This document shows positions 39,261-52,199 of a DNA stretch of 64,000 nt, one piece after another (the first letter of the stretch is position 1; each line of letters starts with the position of its first letter). The translations under genes and the position numbers were made by a program. Under the pieces are notes generated by a model that had not been told where the DNA came from, made no database searches, and was given only the letters and a program-made list of their open reading frames with translations. Where the stretch lies: the NCBI GenBank assembly GCA_024704765.1, contig JAKMXF010000314.1, positions 236,630 to 300,629 on the forward strand. Reading direction: 5' to 3'. The DNA is from Oopsacas minuta. Its lineage: Eukaryota; Animalia; Porifera.

Positions 39261-42200
39261 CAGGATATCCACTGTATAGTATACATCCAACTTCACATAA
39301 CATAGGGATACATCTTTAAAAAGTGACCATGTAATATGTGCATATTCATGACTACGTCGTGTCAGTAAGAGAGAAATTGAAAATGCATTTATATGGGAAG
39401 TAGGATACATACAAGATATTTCCTGTGCTGATTTGACCATACTTTCAACGATTTCAGTGTTATATGAAGAAATCCCAAAAATGTTCAATCTATGGTCTGT
39501 GCAATACTCAGAAATGTGCAAACTTTATCATGACAAATGTTTACATTTTGTAAAGAAACGGTTTTATATCAGTTGGTATTCCAACTTTTCTAGCAAATAT
39601 CAAAAATTTCGCTCTAATTATTTCAAAGATGATGCATGTAGTAATACAACTTTGCAAATTATGCTACAAAGGACTCCACTTAGATCTGAAATATTCCACT
39701 TATGTAGCTTTTTGAAATCCTATTTACCAATAAATACATTTATAATGGTCAAAATGCACCAGTTTAATAATATGGGCGATTAAAAAATTTCCATTAAAAC
39801 ATATCACAAGGAATCAGACTGTACCTTTAGTAGGCTATGTCCGCATTCATATTATACTAGTGCGCTTCGCTTGCCATTAATCAGCCCTGGGGGTTCAATG
39901 GATGAGAACAAGGAGTATCGAGATTTTTTCAGACCGAACGATTTGTACTGTTAAATAATGTGGGTTGTGTCCTTGATAAAGGACGTAATGCTATGATAAT
40001 TCTATGAAAAAAATTAGTGAATTTATGAAAATATAATCAGTAATTCAATCATATATTATATATGACAATCACCATATTGAGATACAGTTAATCTCTTTAT
40101 ATGGATCGCAGGTATACATCGACATGCCAGTGTAAATAAGACAGAAATTGGACAATAAAGTTCTAAACAGTCAAGATTACATATATTTCAACGGGTATAC
40201 CGAACTCCTTATATCGAAGTACCATATTCAATCTACATCAAAGCTGGTTCTAAGTTTTTCTGTCCTATTAATAGGCACCACCGAAGGAATAATTATATAA
40301 TTGGGGCTTATACTTGCACTTTGTCAAGAATCTGAGGCAGTGGCGTTGCTGTGTATGTATTTAGGGGTGCTTACACCCAGGATTTGCTCAGAGGATTCCT
40401 TGGATTGGAAGGGTAATCATCTGCAAATTTACCTTATCGATCTTCCTACCTCAGGAATATATAACCTTTAAACCATAAATCTATTAAATTGCTTTTTCTG
40501 AAATGAAATCATTAATTTTCTTGTCATATTAGAAACAACAAGATAGCACAAGTTTCATTAAACTTAATGCAATATCAATAGATTTGAGTGTATACAATTT
40601 GATTCACAATACACTATTCCCACAGAGGGAAAGAAGCATTAACTATGTTAGCGGCCATAGATATTTTATCAGTTGGTGCTAAAACAAACCAACTATTTAA
40701 CACAATATCACAGGAATGGCACTAAAGAAAGTCCGGAAAATCGGGGAAGTTGGCAAGTTTGTTGCAGGTTCACATTAGAACCAATAGACTGAAAAAACAT
40801 GAATGTGATTATTGGTCTAACTTTAACCATCAAAAAGGCGTGAAAATATTCACGTAAAGTATACCACAGGTGAACGTTTACACTCGGATGGCAATTTCAA
40901 TTAAGATTTTTCTTCCTTAAGAATTCCATTAAGTGTCCGATCATATGTTTCAGTGATGCCAAACTGACAAAGTACTCCCTTACATTAAATGCATAATAAT
41001 CAAGTGAACCATTGGTCATGGGATATGGGACACATCAAGTGACCAATGGTCCACTTTGATCTTGCCTGAACAGACTTGATATAGTAGATTAAATAATCAT
41101 AGAAAATCAAAATTCACTTAATGACATTTCAATTTGATACTTTAATAATCAATGCATGGAGAACGGATTGTAGTACAAAACATTAATAGGGTAAAATGGA
41201 TGTGATTAATTCAGTGATCACTTCAATCATTTAGTGGACAGACTTTCCGTATAGCTAGATAAAAATTGTTATTATTCGAAAGGATAGAGTTGGTGAATTA
41301 CGAAAATGTAAAAAGAATTGTAAAAATCTGTGTGATGACTCGATTCAAAGTTTTGAAATTTTCCAAACCTGTCAACCATGACTTGATATTTCACAGGCTT
41401 TTCATTATTATCTTGATTTGATTTTTCTTTTGGATCTATCGAGGGTTAGTGAATTATGTGTTTAAATTTCTTTTAAACAAATCATTTTGCTGGGTGTTTT
41501 CATGAACTATCTGGATTCTAAGGAATACCAATACATTATTTTAGATGTGTCCATAGTAGTAAGTTCTTTGGTAATATATTCAAATTAATACTGTAGAGTA
41601 GAGCTCGGATAAAACCTGCATGGCTTAAGGTAAGGTGTACTTTCGGTTAGTACGTACTTTTCTCACAAAGATCTCGATTTTTATTAATTGTACAGAAAAT
41701 ATTCAGGACGAGTACGTGCTATTTTTGTTTGCCCGAGAAGTACGCATTATCAGAGTTCAACAACATTTTGGGGATACCAAAGCAATATATATTACACCCA
41801 TAGTATATTCGTACGCCTATACCCCTAGAGTATTACTCAATTATTCCATGCTCAAATCTTATAGATATCCTGATAATTACATTTATTATGATCAAATGTA
41901 AAAAACACAATTGTGTGATAAAATACAATCATTGTCAGTATTGTAAGTTGGAATTCCTAATGATTTGCCTGTGTGAAAGCTCAAGCTGTAATGTCTCTAA
42001 GAATAGGTACAACATACGATGAAAAGTCAATTTTAAAGTACAGTAATTGTATATGGAAAAACGGCATATTATGCAAAACTAATGATCCATGAAACCAACT
42101 GTAAATTCTACCTTTTGAATGTTTTAATGACGTATAGGGATATGATAGCGAAATACGTATTTCTTATGTGAAATATGATTTCTCATCATGTGGTTTCGCA

Positions 42201-42267
42201 AGAACTATATTAGAACGTAAAATGTAGCTTTTCAAACTATGTTAAACCATGTTCTCAGTGTTTTAGT

Positions 42268-44078
42268 GCTTGACAGTTGTACACAATGGCAGAGGCGAAT
42301 AGTATATTTGAAAACAAAAGTGATATGAATGGAATGTGAACACATTCCTGTGTTGCCAAGGGAACCTGTTTCTATTTGTTTATGTATAACTCAAAAACTA
42401 TGAGTGCGATGGCTCCAAAATGTATTATATAGTTCATCTGCCTTAGGTTCATACTTTTTGAGAGTCTGTCGGATAATTAGTTAGAACTATTAAAATTATA
42501 ATTCCTGGCTAACTAGGACAGCGATAGAACTAATCTTAGTAAATATATCATGTAAAATATTGCGAAATTAATATTTATTTTGCGTCCGCCATTATCAATT
42601 ACCAATGGACACCTCTTTGGCATTGATCTCCAATAATATCCCAGAAAATCTCCATTGATATTTTCTCACACGTCGGTCAACTCCTCCTTCAGCAGTGTGA
42701 TATTCTTTGGACCCTTTTAACAGCTTTTATTTGACCCAAGCAAACAAGTTTTCTATGGGGTAAATTTCTGGACTCTGACTAGGCCAATTAATCTTCTTAT
42801 TGGGTATGTTTTTCTCCATCCAAGTCTGGTCATTTTTGCGGTATGCTTGGGATCATTATCCTGAACCAAGAACCAATCATCTTGGTGGAAGAAATGAGCT
42901 TGGGCAAGCAAATAAACTTCCAGGATCTTTAGAAACAATTCTGCATCCAGCCTATGTGTGAAGATACATAATGGAAACGTTGCCATAGAGGAGAAAGCTG
43001 CCCATAGGTGAATTTTTTGAGCATGTTTGACTGTGGGTTGATTCCACACCATGCCTCTTTTGGTCCACATCCGTATTCGCACTCGACACAACTAAATTGA
43101 GGCCTTATCAGCGAATAATAGCATACTGTCATTGGTTATCAATGTTATTCCTTGCCAATTGAATTCTATAGAGCCCATTCATTTCTGATACCAGGGGAGC
43201 AGGCGTCGGATAAGGCTTGGAATAATCAAGTTTTTTCAAGCAACGATTCATGGTATCTCTTCCTATTTGAGCTGGACACTTAGCTGTTAAATTGCGAATT
43301 GAAATCGTAGGATTTATGTCAATGGTCCTAGCAACATATTTCATTATTTGGAGACAAGTGTCCCAAGTCTTCCTGCTCCACTCTTGTGAACAAGAGAGGT
43401 TTCAGTTTTTAGACGAGAAATCAAGTAGTAAACGGTTGCAACAGACAAACCCACGATAGTGCTAATTCCTTCGGAGAGTGTTTCTTTCCTACTAAGAGTA
43501 TTTGACTTTGTTTCCTCTTTGATACTTGGGGCATTTGGACGATAAATGGCTATTTAATGTATGAATAATATCAATTAAATAAAATTCTAAAAAAGGCCCG
43601 TTATCTTGACGTCATGCACTACTATTTGACCCAAAGATATATTTTGTACATAGCCAATGTGTAATTGTTGAAGTAAACCCCCTCTACTAATAGGTAGTAA
43701 TAATAGTACCTCTATCAGTTGAATAAATATGCCAGAAATGACCAGGAATACAAATTATAGGCTATTCTAAATAATTATCGGACATACTGTATTTTGACAA
43801 TTGCTATACAGATAGTAGCCATATAATATATGAGAAATGTCAAAATATCTCAAGTATCAACTAAAATCAAATGAAATACATCATTATTGAATAGGAAGTT
43901 GACTACTACGAACTATTGGTATAAAGTTGAGAGGCATAGCATTCATAGTTTCTGAGTTATAGCGTCAAAAATACAAAGACTATACCTTACCAACAGAGGA
44001 ATGTGTTCACGTTCCATTCATATCAACTATTGTTTTAAATATACTATTCACTTGTGTCATTATATAGAACTGTCAAGC
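42268..44078 (-). mobile_element. Tc1-like element with long diverged inverted terminal regions
   Basis: Transposase fragments ~43534-42600: VGLSVATVYYLISRL, SGAGR, KIHLWAAFS, WFLVQDNDPKHTAK. Flanks 42268-42520 and 43740-44078 are inverted copies (e.g. ATATGAATGGAATGTGAACACATTCCT / AGGAATGTGTTCACGTTCCATTCATAT). Confidence 0.8.
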
Positions 44079-44685
44079 CCGGGTTAAGTTTATATCCGGG
44101 CACTCGTAAAATTTCACACCAATATTGAGACTTAAGCTTGGAAGTTACTGGTACATTGTGTCAATTAAGTTTAGAAGTCAATGCTATCTCACTAAATTAA
44201 TTGCTTTGGAATTAAAAAACAATTTGGACAGTTGGCAACCCTGGCATATACTTACTACTAATGGCTAACCGTACAAGATTTTGCCTATATCTGTTGCTCT
44301 GTACAGACGTACAGGGATTTAGTAGATTTGACATGAATATTAGTTGAGACACTTACTGATTATTATGAGTCCAATGGCTTAAACCCCTAAAGTATGTACA
44401 TTATGTGGTGTAATCAACAGTTCTTATTCAGGGGTAGAGGGATTACCTGTAGAGTCTCCTTTCCAAATTATTCAAGTGTACATTGAATATCTAAACTCTG
44501 TAATAAACGAGCGAGAAATACTTTGTAGGTGTACACGGTTGTGGCCAATGTAAAGAGGAAATGAGAACTCCACACTGGGAAATGACATAAATATTTTGCA
44601 ATTTAAAGGAATGAAATAAGTATAATTTTGAAAACTCGCATGAAGGATTGTATTGATTATAGAAACGCCTATTCTGTATTTGATT

Positions 44686-44701
44686 GAGAGAGAGAGAGAG
44701 A
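44686..44701. repeat. (GA)n microsatellite
   Basis: Read directly from the sequence. Confidence 0.9.
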
Positions 44702-45205
44702 AAAGTTAATGAGCACGTGCCTGGGCCCGTGCTCACTAAATACTTGCCCCCTTGCCCACACTTTCGACGCTACTGCGTTTAACTATGAGGCGCAAGGAGG
44801 GGGTGACGTTCCTGTCTAGGGCCGGTATGTCCCCTCAATCTGAATCTACAGCACAGGCAGCAGTTAGTCCAACTTCTCCAGGGATTCACAAAGTATTCAC
44901 CTCACTTTGACTGTTTCTACAACAGCTCAAGATCAAGATTGTCTTCGAGGTGATAAATGCATGGGACGCCCTTGAAAGCGTCGTTTCTATGGAAATATGC
45001 ATATACAAATTGTACACCATATCTTACTGATGTGCCAGACCTGACAATACCGCTTTGCACGAAACCTCCTTATGCAAAGAATCGCAAATAACCAAAAGTA
45101 CTACACGCAGAGGCTTCATTGCTAAATTTCGCATTCCAAACCTGTGTTACTACTTTCAGCTTCATGAGAAAAGAATATACACAGAACAACTGGCATGAGA
45201 ATCCT

Positions 45206-46420
45206 TGAAGTTGGCATCCTAGCAGAAGTATTCTCTACTTTTTATTGGAACAAATGTGCTGGGAGTCTTTCACTTTACGAAGAAAAATGGATTCATGGAT
45301 TCATACAATACCAGTAGAGTGCTATGGCTGGACACACTACTGGGATATCGTGGGATAATATTCACAAACTATCTTCAATATTTGATATGCCCCCACCAGT
45401 TCAGAGCATGCCATCTCCATATCTGAACCGTATGGAACCTGTTACAAAGGTTGCAGTAGGGACTGCCACATTTGATGCCGCTAATCAGCTACGCCTAAGA
45501 TCAGACTGAAGTATCACCTGATTATAACGCTACCAACGTAACTGTCAGCTTCGAAAGCTACTGGAAGACTAAGTTACTCTACTTCATTTATCAACACAGT
45601 TGTTTAGCATCAATCAAGCTGTGCTCTGCTCTACCTAATGCTCTGACAACCTTCAAACCAATTGACATAGAAAGGTGAAAGTATTCAATACTTATGCGAC
45701 AGAAGAATTCTGTAGCCATCTGACGTCAGGAATGACTCAAAATGCAAATGAATCCTTACACAACACTACATGAAGTCTCTATCCAAAAGCAAGCACTTAT
45801 CACCTCAATCTATTTAGGATTATCACTGCTATCGCTGTCCTAGCCTTTAACGAAGTTGAACTTTCACAATTCGGAATCCTGACTAACCTTGGCCTATCTC
45901 CCTCTTGGCGGACTTACAGTGCAATTCTTAAACGAGAATACTGGTCAGATTATTCTCTATGAGCTCAGAAGAAGTCGAAATATCAAAGACGAAGAAGAAG
46001 GGCGAGACTATTCAAGCGACAAAGAGAGAGTGCCCTGTTGAAAGCAGAAGTTGGAAGAAGCTATAAAGGGAGGCAGTTTGGGGCTGAGAATTCCCCAAAG
46101 AAGAAGTGTGGCAGGGTTCGAGGACGGATCGGTCTAACAGGTAAGAGGTAAGGGAGTGAAGAGAAGTGCGAGGGAGCGTGGCGTTTCTCATGTTTCCACA
46201 CGGTCTTAAAGCTCAACCAGCAGCTCTGAAGAGTCGGATACCCTGTGCAGTATATACCACAAGAAATAACCAGAACCTGTGACATAGAGGAAACTTGGAA
46301 AGAATCAATCCCATTGGGTATAATGTGAGATCTGCTCTGAATTGGTCTCATTGCTGTCGTATTGACGTAAACATTCAGACCGTGTCTAAAGCCTCTCTTT
46401 ACTGTGATACGTGTTCTTAG
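45206..46420 (+). pseudogene. Kolobok-type (Mutator-like domain) transposase, decayed and internally deleted
   Basis: TTGISWDNIHKLSSIFDMPPP; NVTVSFESYW (family: SFDGSW); GMTQNANESLHNTT*SLYPK (family: GKTQNANESxHxxIWxxCPK); AIAVLAFN; basic RRRRR helix; SYKGRQF tail. Confidence 0.8.
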
Positions 46421-47442
46421 AAGGTATGATCATTAACTTTTATACTACCCACTAGTGATCAACAAACTGGATAATTCCGAACATCATTATTCAACAGAAA
46501 TCGAATAGTTGTTCCGAACTTTGGTTGAGGGTAAATTATTTCTTAAGTATTATCGGTTTAGCTGTATCGAATCTTTTGTAATTATTCGGTTGGTAGAATA
46601 TCCTCCATAATATTCAGTGGAAAACTATTTCGATCACTACTACTACCCACGCTTAACGCTATCCCTTGCATAATTTATTGATTACCAGATGATAATTAGA
46701 TCCCACTACGAGTATACATGTCAAATATGGTGTCTTAATATCTAAACATGTGAACAGAAGATACATAAGATTACAAGTAATGCCAGAAGATCAACGGACA
46801 GGAAATGTTCGCAGGCCGCATAGAGCAAGCGCAGGCATCTTCTACCATTCAATAATAAATTTGTAAAGGGGTCGAAGACACCTAGATAAAGGCTTCCGCA
46901 GGAGCTAGTAGAAGCAGCGCATGAGAGGGATTTCCGGCTAGTAATGGTGAAATACATCTCGAAAAATTCAGTATCCATCGGTCCGAGTCAAGAGACCAAC
47001 CAAACTGTAAATAGTCCTAATATGTTTGGAGAAGGAAGATCGACGAATGCGATGCGAGTAGATTAATTTCGCTATGGTTGACCCAGCATGTCCAAACATG
47101 GTTAGACGAAGGTACCAAGTATAATTTTGCAGTAACCATATGTTGGTTAGTCTAAAATGTAAATGGTCGATGAAGGAGAATTAAAAATCTGATTCTTTGG
47201 AGGCTATGCTAGAGTAACTCTAACATAGCCTACCCGGTAGACAAATCCTCACCTCTTCTTGGGTACCCAGCTCAACTAGATAATGTTATTAAGCGGAGTT
47301 GACTGCACAAAATTTTGAATGGCAAAGTTCGTTATCAAATGCTTTAGGAATAATAGGATATAGAATAAAATATACAGTGAAACCATGCCTTCTAAGTCAC
47401 CGATTTCATTAAGGGAGGAAAATGATTGAGTTTCAGCATCTA

Positions 47443-48774
47443 ATAGGGCGTTCAATAAGTCTTGCGAGGGATATCATAGAATAAGATACAAATACCACAC
47501 ACACTTGTTCATTATATTAGTTATTCAAAGTAATCCCCTCCTGCAGATACACAGAGTTTTAACCTTTCCACCCACTTGGAAAACACATTTCTGTACTCTT
47601 CTTCGGGGATGGAATTGAAGTACTGGTACAGGTCCTACCGAGTTCTTGTAATGTGTTAAAATGTTTGCCTTGCAGGTAGATTTTAAGCTTGGGGAATAGC
47701 CAAAAATCACATGGAGCTAGGTCTGGTGAGTATGGTGGATGGGGAAGTAATTCTAACCCTTCAATGTACAAGAAACTATTGGAAGCTTAGCTGTATGGGA
47801 ACTAGCGTTATCAATTAAAATCTTCATTCCTCGAGTTCGGTTTTCGGGCGGTACTTTTCTATATTTTTTATCAAATTTGGAAGCACTTGCTCTGTAAAGA
47901 AAGTAGCAGTAACAGCCTTGCCACTCTCACAAGGTAATTGCAAGACAATTCCATGACTACTGAAGAAGATGGTATACATAATCTTAGGTTTTCTGAAGTC
48001 GGGCCTAGGAATTTTCGCCGGTTGTTCTTCGCCCCTTACCCATGATCGCTTCTTATACTTGCTATATGGTGTTGAATAGTACACCCATGTCTCGTCACCA
48101 GTAATAATCTCTGTTAAGCGTCTAGAATCGCAGTTCTCATAAGTTTCCAATAGTTTCTTGACAATATTCAGTCGTGCCAACCTTTGATTCTCACTGAGCT
48201 TATGCGGGACCTATTTCCCACAAATCGATCGGTAGTCAAGCTCAGTCGCCAGAATTGTATGAATAGCTCCCGATGAAATCTCCATACTTTGTTCTAACTG
48301 ATTGACAGTAATGCACTTGTCTTCCAAGACCATACTTTTAATGAGTGCGATATTCTCTGAAGTGGTGACGGATACCGGTCTTCCAGATCGAGGCAAATCT
48401 GTGACATCAGCACCACCAGATCTAAAACGGGCCGTCCATCGCTCTACAGTAGATCTGGAAGGGCAATCCATACAACTATATCTCCTGTAACTCGCTGAAG
48501 ATCTGTACGGGCTGGATCTTGAGTATTGTGCGAAACTCTATGTAAGCTCGCCATTTGAGGTTGAAATTATCATCCCTTGAAGCCATAAATTCAACAGTGG
48601 GTATAAATTGACTACACGTATCTATCTCAAAAATTCATAATTGTATTGAATAAGCTTGAAACCGTCAGTATATAGAGTTTAACTATATGGGCTTATGATA
48701 TATGAAAGTTAGATATATTACTTGACTAATTCCTATGATATATCATGATCCGCAAGACTTATTGAACGCCCTGA
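47443..48774 (-). mobile_element. Mariner (DD34D) copy B, full length, defective
   Basis: Both TIRs (AGGGCGTTCAATAAGTCTTGCG) are flanked by TA. Fragment ORFs are nearly identical to copies A and C. Confidence 0.95.
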
Positions 48775-49419
48775 TAGTAGAGTATGTGAACGAAGAACAA
48801 ATCAAGTCGTAAAATTAACAAGTACGTACTGTGGAAAGTTATGCACATCTAGCGCGAAGTATCATAATCATAAAATACAGCCGTATTTAGTTAATATATA
48901 TTTTGTGTGACTAAAAATTTGGAATCAAAACCCGACATATGTGGTTAATTAATAAATTGATTTGGCATTTTGGACCATGGATTACATCCATAACATATAA
49001 TTTGCTGTTGCTTGATAGAAAACATCCAATCAAGTACAACTAATTGTAAAATTGGCTCAGTATACAAATATTCATTAAATTGGAAGACACGACAAACAAA
49101 GACTACTCATTCCTAAAAATATGATTACTGAAAGAATTTTTTATATATGCTACATTCCGGTCCTTAAACACGAAATATTTTAGATGTGAAAGATTCTAAG
49201 GAAACAGAGTATAAAGATCAAAGACCATCTCCAAGATAATGCCTAACTGTGAAGTTGTGAGGAATTTAGCCCTCTATGGGTTAGTTGCTATATCTAAAGT
49301 AGACTCATTGAATATGTGAAAAATATAAAATACATTATATACGTATTACGTATGCATAAATGAAAATACTGAGAATGTAAATTGATAAGTATGAAAGTAT
49401 AGAAAGAAATTATTGATGA

Positions 49420-49790
49420 ATCACTATGACTCAGCAGGGCTGAACTCATTTTCTGTTGGTAAAGCAAATATTTCTCTTAATCATCTTATTCAAATTTCAT
49501 TCAACAACTCATTCAACAAATTCAACTCATTTAGAGAAATGAATAGTTTAACAATCATTTTGAGAAATGGGTTGGTTTCACAATCTCATATTAAGAAATG
49601 AGTCGGTTCTACAAATTAGTTTTAAGAAATGAATTGGTTGAATCAGCCTATTTAAGTATCGAGTTGGCTCCATCAACTCGCGTAACGCTCCTCCGAATCA
49701 TTCAACTCATTCATTTTCGAATTACCAAACAATCAAATCATTTAAGAAAATGAGTTGATCATGCCAGCTCAATGCGAGTTGATACAGGCC
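49420..49790. repeat. Degenerate ~30-bp tandem array (core TTAAGAAATGAGTTGG / AACTCATT)
   Basis: About five imperfect units at 49530-49680, plus inverted AACTCATT copies on both sides. Confidence 0.5.
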
Positions 49791-50510
49791 GCCCATGAAT
49801 GAAAATATTATTACTGGAATCTGACGAATATAACATTGAGTTTATGCTGATCCCATGAGAGGCGGAGTATCCCATAAGAAGAATAGCGGACATCTGTTTG
49901 ATAACGCTGAATTTTTAACAAGCTAAGATAAGAATAACCGATTTGGATTGCATTTAGATAAATATACCTGTTGTCAATGGATTACTGATGGGATAGGATT
50001 TTGAATGGGTGCACAATTGTATGTTGCTGGGCTATGTTAAAACCATGTACTCAACCACCATATCAATTGGTGGCAATTTTTTCTGAAACGAAATCAAATA
50101 TAGAGGGACATCACATGAAATTGATGATACATCCATGTAAATTACACAAAAACGGTCTCTTCATCTAAATCTGGGATACGGACCCAAGGTACCCAAAAGT
50201 AGCGCATATGCACTTAAGTAACATTATTAATAGCGAAACAATATTACGACAAATTCAAACAAGCAAACTGGAAGTTCGCTAGCATTCATATTGAAATGGC
50301 AAACTATTTCTCCACACTCAATAGTCTGGTACCATTACTTGATATTTAGAGGTGTTAACACAGTTGTTTCATCTCACTCTTAAGTATTGGAACAGAGTGT
50401 AAGAGGAATAATCAAAAAGAGAGTCTTTAATCTATAATCTACGAATAATGCAAAATTAGAAATATCAATCAAATAATAAATGAAAATTGCGCAAAATCAC
50501 GAATACATAC

Positions 50511-50740
50511 CTCGATGTGTTACTAGAAATTTCATTCAACTGATCTTCTATTGTTTGATGTGATATTGGAGGAAGTATTATGCTCACAGGCCGAACCATA
50601 TCATCTTGAGGATTGCGCTTGAAAATATTCAAAAAAAATTTCAAAATCTTGGACTTTTGATTTCTTTTAGCTTCAAGTGCACCATATTCCCTTGTAAGAG
50701 CCCAATATTTTTCTTTATATTGATTTCTCTCTCGAAGTAC
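50511..50740 (-). CDS. MAPK8IP3/SPAG9: JIP3/JIP4-like kinesin adaptor, RH2-domain exon (not in the ORF track)
   Basis: 230-nt exon, acceptor attttatctag|GTA, donor AG|gtatgt. It reads VLRERNQYKEKYWAL...KRNQKSKILKFFLNIFKR...SSNTSR (JIP3/4 RH2: VLMERNQYKERLMEL...KKRSSIWQFFSRLF). The phase-2 end joins the phase-2 start at 32970. Confidence 0.88.
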
Positions 50741-51126
50741 CTAGATAAAATCATGAAGAAACGTAGATTTGAAGTAATTGAGCGGAGTCAATGAGTCTTT
50801 CACAAATATTATATACAAGTACAATTAATACATACTATATACAATATGAGTTAAAGATCAAACAGGGATGAAACACAGGAAATCCAAAAGAGAGGTTACC
50901 ACCGATTATCCAAATTGGAGGAAGAGGAAAATCAAAGAATATTACGAAGGAATAAAACTACCCTAAACTAGCGTGTTTCGCTCAGTAGGTAATTTTATGA
51001 CGTTAGGTGTCTATACAGAAGATAGCTGCAATTATTCACATTGGCCTTGGTCTAAAATGCACGAAAGTTGCTACTCAAGAACCATAAAATTGACAGCAAT
51101 AAGTTACAATAAATCATATTAAGTTA

Positions 51127-51505
51127 CAGTAAGACAGTTTAACGGCCACCTATAAACAGTCCCCTCTGAGTTCCCATACAATGACCTCTCTATAGCGGCC
51201 ACCAATTTTGGCTCATTACTGTAGATAAACCTGTCCATAACGGCCAAGTTCCTATATCTAACGACCACATTATATTGTGGTCGCATAACATACGGTCTGC
51301 CTCGGACAAGTCTCTTGGGTGGCCACCATTAACTACTTCCACTATAGCATCCTATTTGTCGTCACTTGGCTTACAGGCCAACTTCTCTATATCACCACCA
51401 TTTAGATAATGTTACCACCACACTAGTGCAACCTTTCTTAAGCGCCACCTGTACACGGCCACTTTTGACCAGTCACTTCAGTGGCCTAAAAGACAAGTTA
51501 GACTA
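51127..51505. mobile_element. Tigger/pogo-like MITE with ACGGCCAC subterminal repeats
   Basis: TA|CAGTAAGAC...AACGGCCACC at the left, GTGGCCTAAAAGACAAGTTAGACTA|TA at the right, and repeated (A/G)CGGCCA(C/A) motifs. Confidence 0.55.
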
Positions 51506-52199
51506 TATATATATAGGATATAGCACTCTTATATATTAAAATATCATTGTTTACTTAAACAACTCGTATTAATTCTGTTTAACGTCTTATAAATTTAACA
51601 TGAATACACTCTGTTATCGTTTCTTCGTAAATAGCCGTCAAGTAAAAATTGATTCTTTAACGTATTGTTTTGATATACATAAATGGGCAAAGTAATTATA
51701 AAATTGTAGAAAATAAAAATTTCAATAGTTCTATCTAATCTCTAACTCGAAATATTAACCGATGAAAATTTAATTGATATGAGACAGCAAAACTTATACA
51801 TTAACGTGTCCGGGATTATCCAATCAATCTGAGATTAAATACTATTTAATGGACGACATAACCTATGTCCAGAGTTCATTTCGAATTTCTACCATATTTA
51901 CTTTCGCAAATTACTCAGAAGAGTGACAAAATTGTGTGTCACCATGGTTATTTAGCATAACCAAAAAACGCTACTAGCGGTGAACATCTAAATACCTGTC
52001 CTAGCCTTCTGTTAGAAGTTTCAATTTATCTTAAACTGAATTCAGGATAGCGGCTACGGCCGTGCACTCCTATACTATTAAAAAAGTATATATGTACTAT
52101 AACAATACTATATAGGAGGCAAACTAAAAATTCAGAATTGTGGCAAAAATATATCTAGAAGTATATCCGGTAAATGTACCTTTCTTCGATCCACAATAA

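Noticed and set aside
41369-41435. Candidate extra JIP exon (DPKEKSNQDNNEKPVKYQVMVDR) with a CTAAC branch-like motif and AG/GT ends
   Set aside because: It starts in phase 1, but the upstream exon ends in phase 2 and already joins 32970 in frame. Sequence similarity is weak.
46740-47300. Possible LTR-retroelement gag/protease remnant (FAMVDPA resembling a DTG motif)
   Set aside because: A single weak motif, many stops, and no LTRs or pol domains nearby.
49420-49790. Repeat-plus-variable-linker array superficially like CRISPR
   Set aside because: The repeats are degenerate, the linkers are only ~12-14 nt, there are no cas genes, and the context is eukaryotic and intronic.
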